A stretch of 64,000 nt of DNA, taken from positions 38,936,001 to 39,000,000 of the forward strand of contig OX597840.1 in assembly GCA_951406725.2 (NCBI GenBank). Direction: 5' to 3'. A model generated the notes under the pieces. That model worked only from the letters and a program-made list of their open reading frames with translations, had not been told where the DNA came from and made no database searches. The number at the start of each line of letters is the position of its first letter. Positions within the stretch are counted from its first letter, which is position 1. Shown in pieces: positions 54,411-64,000 of this stretch. The stretch comes from Octopus vulgaris (lineage: Eukaryota). The position numbers were made by a program, and so were the translations under genes.

Positions 54411-54824
54411 TTACAACGTGCCTACTTGGAACAAAAATTCAATATTGAACTGAATTTTAAATTTTAAATTAATTTTAAATTCATATTTTTCACCGGAATA
54501 GTTCAATATGCTAGATCCAATGTAGTAGGTGCAGGAGTTATTTACTATGTTGTGAACGGTGCATCGGTATACGACGTTGAATCTTCTGCACTGGGCATGC
54601 AGTGGACAACTTGTCCCGGATCTGAAGCAGCAGTTATCGGTCCTATTTTGGTTACTTGGAGAGAGAGATGAGTTAGCGGTGGTAGTGGCTAGGGTGGTAT
54701 TAGGTAAATCGATCGTGATATTGCTGTTATAATCGCTGTCGTTTCTGATATCTATATCAACGCCAACGTCACCATTATTGTTGGTAGCATCGTCATTACC
54801 ATTATAGACGTCGCTAGTGGTAAA
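54411..54824 (-). pseudogene. Penelope-type GIY-YIG endonuclease remnant (open frame lacking ATG)
   Basis: Manual translation: Asn/Asp-rich linker, then NCCFRSGTSCPLHAQCRRFNVVYRCTVHNIVNNSCTYYIGSS, matching the PLE pattern C.CR....CPL...C....VVY...V........YIG.T. Confidence 0.8.
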
Positions 54825-55393
54825 TTACGAAGAGCACTATTTACGGTTAAATGATAATAATCTTGGCTTTTCCTCTTTTCAATCATTGTTATCTTCTCAC
54901 CATGACTGTAGCCTTCTCTGCTTATATTCCAAGTATTCTGTATCACCAGGTTAGCCATAGCGTACGATATTTCTCAATTGTCAGTCATTTTGATCTATAC
55001 TCCACACAAACAACCAGTATTACACGGTGGTGAATATGTATCTGTGTCCTAGAAATAAAGGGTGATTCAGTATCTGCACGACATATGCACTCGCTTCTAT
55101 TTTGCAGACCTTCAATTATGCAGAACGTTCAATTAAGCATGCCTTAGATGAGTTCAGCCCTAAATAACTGCTTCTGGAGGTTTCCATCGTTAACATCATC
55201 TTTTCTTAAAGGCTACAAATTCCTCCAACAACGGAACGTCACGTTTGGTTACGCTCCTCTAACTACTTTCGTCGATGCGTGTATATGTGTGTGCGTGTGT
55301 ATGTATGCGTGTATCTCTATTTATGCATGTATCTGTGTACATATAGGTATATGCGTGTATGTATATAAATATATGCATATTTTATATACATAC

Positions 55394-55429
<36 letters not shown>

Positions 55430-55611
55430 ATATATACATACAAACGTGTATATATACATAGATACAGAGAGAGAGAGAAAAGAAAGAGAGAGGGGTACAT
55501 ATGTATATATTCCTACTTATAGGATAAAAACACGCACTTATATATACATGTGTGTGAGTATATGTATGTGTGTGCATATATATATACATTATTATATGTA
55601 TATGCGTACAA

Positions 55612-55693
<82 letters not shown>

Positions 55694-56373
55694 ACATATA
55701 TATGCATGCATTTTTATATCGATACGTGCGAAATTATTGCAACATACTTTCATTCTGAAATGTATAAATCCATACGTGTGTATGGTGTGTTTGAGTGTGT
55801 GTGTACGAGTGTGTGTGTGTGTGCGTGCGAGTACATGCCTATGCTTCTATTTATTTATTTTATATTATCTTTTTATATCAAAGTGTATTTGAAAAAAAGT
55901 AAAACGAAAACCGAAGCGATATCATCTCACAAGAACAAAAGAATAAATTAATAAAATTACAATTTGATTCGATGAAAATAAATCGAAGTTCTACCGAAAA
56001 GGAGAGCGAAAGGAAAACATATTCTGTGATTCTTCATTTTTTGGCATCAACATTTTATTTTTTTTTTTAACTGATCGTCTAAATATACGTATGATTGACA
56101 TGTTACAGATCAAGCATACAGATAGCACACCTTATTTGGGTCAACCTTAGACCAATGTTATATTCTTCATGTCATTTCAATGAAAGTTTGTTGGCCGGAT
56201 TCCAATTTCTATTCCAAGAGCGCGATATTGGTAAATAAACAAAAGGATGAGAAAAAGATTCTCGAATTTGTTTTTTTTTTCTTATGCAAATATAAAGATG
56301 ATCCAAAGCTAACAAATAGCTAATATATAACATAAAATGGGGATATATATATGTATAATTGTATATATGTATG

Positions 56374-56443
<70 letters not shown>

Positions 56444-56554
56444 TACATATATACCTACATATATACATACTCATGTATATATGCACACATATATACACAT
56501 ATGTATATATAGATAGACACTATATAGAGATATATCAATATATATACACCACAT

Positions 56555-56691
<137 letters not shown>

Positions 56692-56839
56692 TATCTTTAA
56701 TTTCGTTTACGAAAAACGTTTTGAATATGCATATGAAAGCTCTGGGATCGCAACGTGCTGTGGCGATATAATATAGGATAGACATAGTAATAATAATAGT
56801 AATTCTTGGATTATTATTATTATTATTATCGTCATTATT

Positions 56840-57160
56840 ATTGCCTTTGCAGGGCTTCTAACGCTGGAGATGTACTACGGTGTCAGCTGTTCATTACCAA
56901 TGAACTAAAGTAACACTTCGTATTTTTCGACAACCTTCCGGAGTGTTCGAGCAGTTCTAAGCAGTGATGTTTTCCGCATGTTCTCTACCCTTATTGCAGC
57001 CCCTATGTCTTCCATCTACTTCTCAAGGTTTTTTTACTCACTGTTCCTAGGGCTCTGACAATTCAATAATACGGCTACCACTTTATTTCATCGACCACAG
57101 CTGCTTAATCTTCCAAGCTTACCTTATCAATTTCTTATGACTTATCACTTTCTGATGTGA
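56840..57160 (-). mobile_element. R4/Dong-type LINE 3' fragment
   Basis: AWKIKQLWSMK..IVRALGTVSK..EDIGAAIRVENMRKTSLLRTARTLRKVVE; lies between AAT repeats. Confidence 0.8.
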
Positions 57161-57605
<445 letters not shown>

Positions 57606-58003
57606 TCATATACACACAACAGATTACACTGCTGGAATGGAAAAATTCCTCATATCTCTCGACTTTTCTTTCTTCCTTAACGCTTTCGTTATTGTCAGCT
57701 GGGCAAGCTATATCTATGATCCAGTATAGTTTGCTTTCTTTCTGAATTAAGACTATGTCTGGCTCCCTTTTCTCTGTCTCATGGTCGCTCTGAATCATAA
57801 ATTCCACAGGATCTTTGTATTATCATTTTCGATGATGCCTTCAGGACTATTGTCGTTCCAATGTTTGGCTTTGTCAAGTCTTGGTATATTGACTTAGCGT
57901 CTCTTATATTCCTTCGGGGCAAATGGCGTACATTGACTGGTAATACGCCATACGGTTTCACCATTTTGTCCACAAATTCTGCACCAATCACTTTCTGATG
58001 TGA
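57606..58003 (-). mobile_element. R4/Dong-type LINE fragment with RLE motif
   Basis: EGIIENDNTKILW..IQSDHETEKREPDIVLIQKESKLYWIIDIACPADNNESVKEERKVERY (PD..D endonuclease motif). Confidence 0.85.
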
Positions 58004-58024
58004 TGATGATGATGATGATGATGA

Positions 58025-58079
<55 letters not shown>

Positions 58080-58092
58080 TACTATTACTACA

Positions 58093-58153
<61 letters not shown>

Positions 58154-58252
58154 TTGAGTGAGAGAGCAGTTCATGCCATCAAAGTGACACTGGGGTAAAA
58201 TAATTTTCGTGTTAATTCATATAAAAGCAAACAACTCTTCTGACAGCTAAAT

Positions 58253-58725
58253 ATGTGTGGGTATGTGTGTGTTTGCGGGTTTGTGTGTGTTTGTGTATTT
58301 GGATATGTGTTTGGGTGTGTTTGGGTGTGTGTTTGGGTGTGTTTTGGGTACGTGTGTTTGTGTGTGTGTGTTCGGATGTCTGTTTGGGTGCGTTTTTGTG
58401 TGTTTCTGTTTGTTTGTGTCTGTGTGTGCGTTTGTGTGTGAGTATTTGTGTGCGTGTGTTTGGGTTTGTTTTTGTGTGTGTGTGTTTGTGTGTGTGTTTG
58501 CGTGTTTGTGTTCTTGTGTGTCTGTGTGTTTCTGTGTGTCTGTTTCGATGTGTGTGTGTTTGTATGTGTGTTTGGGTGTGTGTGTTTGGGTGTGTGTTTC
58601 TGTGTGTGGTTTTTTGTTTGTGTGTATGTGGGTATGGACGTGTGTATGTCTGTGTGTGTATGTGTGCGTGGGTTTGTGTGTTTATGTGTATGTATATATA
58701 AGTATGTATGTGCGTGTGTGCGTGC
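58253..58725. repeat. Degenerate (GT)n/GTGTTT low-complexity tract
   Basis: Direct sequence. Confidence 0.9.
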
Positions 58726-61032
58726 GCCTTTGCGATTTCCTTTCCGTATATTCAATACAATAGAAGGATTTATTTCCAATAATTCACTCAATTGAAACAT
58801 TATTTTAACCTCGCTGTCATCCTTCAAAATTGCCTACAGATGTGAACTAAAATGCGTTCAGAGAAACACCACGAAATAAGGCGGTAAACATAATTTTCGA
58901 TGGAAAATTCCCCTTAAAGCTGTCGAAACAATACCAAAAAAATGTTTTTTTTTCATTATTTGAAATAATACCATGTATTCTAAACCTTCGACATAACATT
59001 CAAAACACTTCGAAATGCTAAAAACAAGGATTATTTGGTCAGATTATCATAGATATTGTATAATTTATACAGAAAAATATTTATCTTGTAACAGCAACTA
59101 TTATTTCAATACTCGTAGAAGCATATGCAGAATGTTGCGTGTAGACGCATTCACAGACACACACACACACATATAAACTTACTTGGAAATGGATGCCTGG
59201 GGTTTAATTAAATAATGATAAAAATAATATGTATAAGCATATATGGGTGCAGGACGACACCGACAGTAAAGAACATGAAACACGAAAACAAATGAGCTAA
59301 GTACGCAAATAACGAGAGAAAAAAGAGACAAGTAATACAAAGTAAGATCCTTCTTTATTGTCCTCTGTCTATATACTCCCGAGTCTTTGAAGGCAGTTGC
59401 TCCCATAAATACCAAAATAAAATTTGGGAGTTATGCTGAGTCAAATTTAGGAACAAAAACACGTCAGTTTATCTTAACCTTTTCGATGCGACTATACTCT
59501 ATACTGTTTTCTCCCCTATCCTCTCTAATTCCTTTTCTCTCTTTCTCACCTTTCTCTTTCTATCTATCTCTCACCCTCTTTTCCTTTTCCGCATTGCTCA
59601 CACGTGACCATCCTCCGTCTTTCTTTTCCTCGCGTGACCATCTGTCTTTCCTGGACGTCTCCTATCTCTCTATTGTATATTTTCTCTTTTCAGGGAAAAT
59701 ATTTCTCTCAGCGTTCATAACCGATCCTGTCGCTCAGGTCTAACAACACTCCATGTTTATTTTCGTATGGTTTCCTTCTATGTCAACACTGTCCTGTTTT
59801 TGTTTTGATTTTATTGGGAGCAACTGTCTCCAAAGACTCACATTGTAGTTGATTGCTCGAAATGGGGAGTAAATAGACAGCCGAGAACTCATGAAGAGTC
59901 ATTCTTTGTGTTAAGCTGATTTGAGGGATACTTGGCACCTATGTCTAACAGGTCAAGTAATCACATGGGACCCACTACCTATATGAATACCTGTATGTAT
60001 GCGTGTGTTCATTCGTTAAAAATCTAGGCTCAAAGCTTCAGATGTGAGACTAAGTTGATCACATCAACCCCATTATTCAGCTGGTACTTATTTCATTAAC
60101 CCCGGAAAAATGAAAGACAAAGGCGATCGTGGCGGAACTTGTGCTCAGAATATAACTTAGATAACTTAGATATGTTTCGACCAAAGATTGGTCCAGGCCA
60201 TGTCTAACTTAATAGCACCACCTGATAGGATTATTCGAATCCTGTTTAAGTCAAGTTTTGTTCAAGTAGTGAGTTCTTGTTGGGTGAGTTGTATCCAATT
60301 ATGGGTGTATAAAAAAAACAACCCAATGGAATGCAGCTAAACCTTCTGCCTGGTTTAGTGGCAATTCGAGCAGCTCTCCGCCTTCATTTCAGTTAATATA
60401 TATTGCAAACGATGAACGACAAAGTGAAATCATTTTTTATTTCGTCCAAACTATTAACATCTCGTTGACAAATATTTTAGCGTAAACCAAATTGATAAAG
60501 GATATTCGCGATATAGAAAATTTCCAAGACATTTTCTTTTTATGAATTTCAAAACTACTGTATATATTAGAAAAAAAATAAATGGAAACTGAAACACTTT
60601 ACTTTACTAACAACAAAATTGACTGCTTTTGTGACTGAATGTTTTTTGTAAAAAATTCAGCCACCTCCTAAATATAAGTAGTTGTATCTAAGAAATGTAT
60701 TGCACTCAATAAATTTAAATAGGTTTATAAAAGAATTAACTGTTTTTTAGACTTAAGTTTCAAAGAAATCCGTTGCCATGGTTGACAATGTTTCCTTCGC
60801 TACCCTTCCCCGCTCCATTTTTATCATTTTCCTTCCATCTCAAAGGTTTTAGTTCTATTTCAGAAGGACAAACTCTGGACATTGGTTTACTCTGGCGTAC
60901 GAGAGAAAACCCATTCTGACCAAATTAAAATACAAGACCTTAATGTTTCTTTCCTTGCATACGAAGTTCCGAGATTAATTTAAATAAAATCTCTGAATAA
61001 TTTCTATAAAATCTTTTCAACTAATAAATCTT

Positions 61033-61730
61033 AGAGCGAGTTATAAACAGTGGCTGAAACACGTCGTGATGTATATTTGTCATTTAAATATGGCTAACCC
61101 TAAGGGTGGATGCTACTGTAGTTTGTAGCCCCAGGAAGACACCTCCTCCATCTGGCTTTAGACACACTTTCTGTGCCCTATCAGTATTTGTGAGGGGAAG
61201 TCATCCTTCCCGTCTTCAACTTATGATACACACGGACTCGAGTTTCAAGGTATTGACATATCATCGGCGTCTGACAATCATAGTTGTCGACGAGAAATCG
61301 GTTCCCTTCACAAATACATATACTTTTTCCAGTATCGATTGACACTGATATTGAAAAAGTGAAATCAAACAATGATAAATATCAGAGTGAGTTATAAACA
61401 GTAGCAGAAACACATCGTGACGTATATTTGCCATTTGAATATGGCTAACCCCTAAGGGTGGATGCTACTGTAGTTTGTAGTCCCAGGAGGACACCTCCTC
61501 CAGCTGGCTTTAGACACACTTTCTGTGCCCTATCAGAGTTTGCAAAGGGAAACTCGAGTACATGTGTATCATAAGTTGAAGACGGGAAGGACGGCTTCCC
61601 TTTGCAAATACGGATAGGGCACAGAAAGTGTGTCTATAGCCAGCTGGCGGAGGTGTTCTCCTGGGGCTAGACGCTACAGTAGCATCCAACCTTAGGGGTT
61701 AGCCATATTTAAATGGCAAATATACGTCAC
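61033..61730. mobile_element. HHR-bearing element: 351-bp-period partial tandem plus inverted arm
   Basis: 61033-61198 repeats at 61384-61550; 61549-61730 is the inverted copy of 61066-61246; HHR fold at 61229-61273 (minus). Confidence 0.8.
61229..61273 (-). ncRNA. Type I hammerhead variant (CCGATGA core)
   Basis: cagacg CCGATGA tat-gtca-ata-cctt GAAA ctcgag TC cgtgtg; palindromic stem III, GUC site. Confidence 0.65.
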
Positions 61731-62178
61731 TTTTCATCTAAACCTTTAAGTTAAGACAGATTATGGAGAGCGGATAGAGCAACAGAGAAGCTCCACATAT
61801 ATTATGATAAAGATCTCTTGCCATTGTGATATATATATAATTTGATTGTAAGCTTGCAATTTCCTTTGTCTCTTTCGTAAAGTTTTATGTACTTTAGCAT
61901 ATAAATGTTAGTTCTGAAAGGGGGAGCAGGGGACTTCCAATATGTAGAAATATTTTTAATTCGTTCCGTTGTATTCCATTTGATTCTTTGTTAAAGAATT
62001 ATCAGGGTGTTATATCTGAGTGAATCTAGATCGAAGTTTTAGTAAGGTAGTAGCGTTAGTTCCTCAGGAAAGTAATGGGTTTAGTTTTATTGTGTGAGGT
62101 GTTAGCTATCAATTGTATTAAGATAGATATGCGACATACACACATTTATCTATGACTGCAGGCTTGATGGCAAATGTG

Positions 62179-62257
<79 letters not shown>

Positions 62258-62649
62258 GTATATATATATGTATATATATATATATATATATATGTGTATA
62301 TGTATATGTAACTATGTGTATGTATTTATGTGTGTGTATGTGTGTGTGTGTGTGTCACTGTGTGCATAGGCAAGGATGTGGGCTGTGTCTGTATGGTTTC
62401 AGGGAGCGTCAATTAAAACTGTACCGAAACACGTTAAACATATATGTGCTTAATGGATTAAAGAACAAAGAGAATACTAAGTAATTATCGTAAAATATTT
62501 ACTGCGCTTGCTTGAATTTCAAGTGAGGAAGGTGTGAATTTATGGGACGGAATTCGTTTTTGCATATACATACATGCGTACATATATAGACGTGTGGTGT
62601 ATTTATATATGTATACAGACGTATAATACATGTATATACAGATTATTAC

Positions 62650-62722
<73 letters not shown>

Positions 62723-62782
62723 TATATATATATATACATATATACATACATAAATATATTATATATATATATTTGCATTTGT

Positions 62783-62816
<34 letters not shown>

Positions 62817-63958
62817 TATATACATATATATATATACATGCATAAATATATGCATTATATATATATATATATATATATATATGCGAGTATATATGTATAT
62901 ATATTAAACAATATCGTTACGTATATATGCACACAGAATATTATATATTCATATATTCATATACCATGTGTGTATGTTTGTGTTGACGTACCATTATGTG
63001 GAAGTGAAAATATGTATACATACTTACTAACTTGCATGTGTAGTATGTTTGCGTATTTGCGTAAATCACCTACACTGGATATATATAAATTTTCGACTGA
63101 CACTCACAGGTAACCACACGCACACGTACATTTACATATATAGATATAAGCAGATACTATTTAAAGACACACATACACACACACACTTATACACACACAA
63201 GTGAGTTCGTATATGCATTATCTGTTCATCAGAAGCGATTCTAATTCGAAACAGATTTTTATTTACTTATTTTAATCATACTTGTTTTAATTCGTAACCA
63301 TTAGTATAAATTTGTGAACAATAAAGTAATTATTGCTAATCAGACATATATTTCAAATTAATTAGATAATATCCAATTATATCATAAACCTGTGTGATTA
63401 AAAAATAATCGGAAAAATGTCAAATCTAAAAACGTTACAGCGTAGATTCTTGCACGTTGATATGCATGTGTACAGGATAATGGTTGCTTTCGCAGAAACA
63501 GTGGAGCAGAAGATTAATCGTAGAAGATTATGAATTGTTAGGACATTTACATTCTGGTTTCATGCCCGATTGGTCTTCGAACATCTGTTGTACTTTAATT
63601 AACCATGGTTGAAAACAAAAACATGGCTACGGGTGACATAACTCGGAGTGAAATTCCTCAGTCGCTCCCCACATCACAAACGCGTGTATCAAGCGCCTGA
63701 TGGCTTCATTGATTTTCGTAAAAGACTTATCAAATATCGAAGGTCATTACGGATCTCTGAAAGCGGTGTTGCGAAAGAAAACCACCGACATATGGTTTGT
63801 TTTCAAGAACTTCTCTTCGTATGATTGCTTTTAAAATGTGAAGCATTATGAGAGATCTTGTTATTACATCAGTGAAAACATTAATTGTTCCACCAATAAA
63901 CGATTCCGAATCTCAAGACGACAGATATCTTAGAGTTACAGCCAAATTAATTAGTATG

Positions 63959-64000
<42 letters not shown>

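Larger units (their letters stand above)
54095..54960 (-). mobile_element. Penelope-like element 3' part (GIY-YIG remnant plus HHR-containing pLTR)
   Basis: GIY-YIG-like frame followed by an intact HHR, ending at (TA)n. Confidence 0.8.

Noticed and set aside
60165-60210. ttaga...gaccaa-tct-ttggtc GAAA ca TA tctaa (minus strand)
   Set aside because: Stems fit an HHR, but the 5' core (CATGGCCTG) does not resemble CUGANGA
63200-63240. Minus-strand CTGATGA
   Set aside because: No convincing stems or GAAA

Overview
AT-rich, microsatellite-saturated eukaryotic non-coding DNA. The tRNA-derived SINE families and the (TA)n/(CATA)n/(AAT)n load suggest an octopus genome (inference). No intact host gene is supported, and almost all listed ORFs are microsatellite artefacts. 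The window holds many copies of three SINE families, R4/Dong-type LINE fragments inside (AAT)n tracts, and RTE-type and mariner remnants. The main signal is about 12 type I hammerhead-ribozyme (HHR) folds, intact or degenerate, in at least 7 short-element families. One intact HHR lies just downstream of a Penelope-type GIY-YIG endonuclease remnant that the ORF track misses (54.2-54.8 kb, minus strand). Others sit in non-coding elements built as circularly permuted direct repeats (684-nt and 351-nt periods, the first with a 10-bp target-site duplication) or as palindromes with HHRs on both strands. Most abut (TA)n tracts, and several share a CCGA-type core. Together this looks like a Penelope-dependent, retrozyme-like element system. 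All folds were derived by eye and none has been tested.
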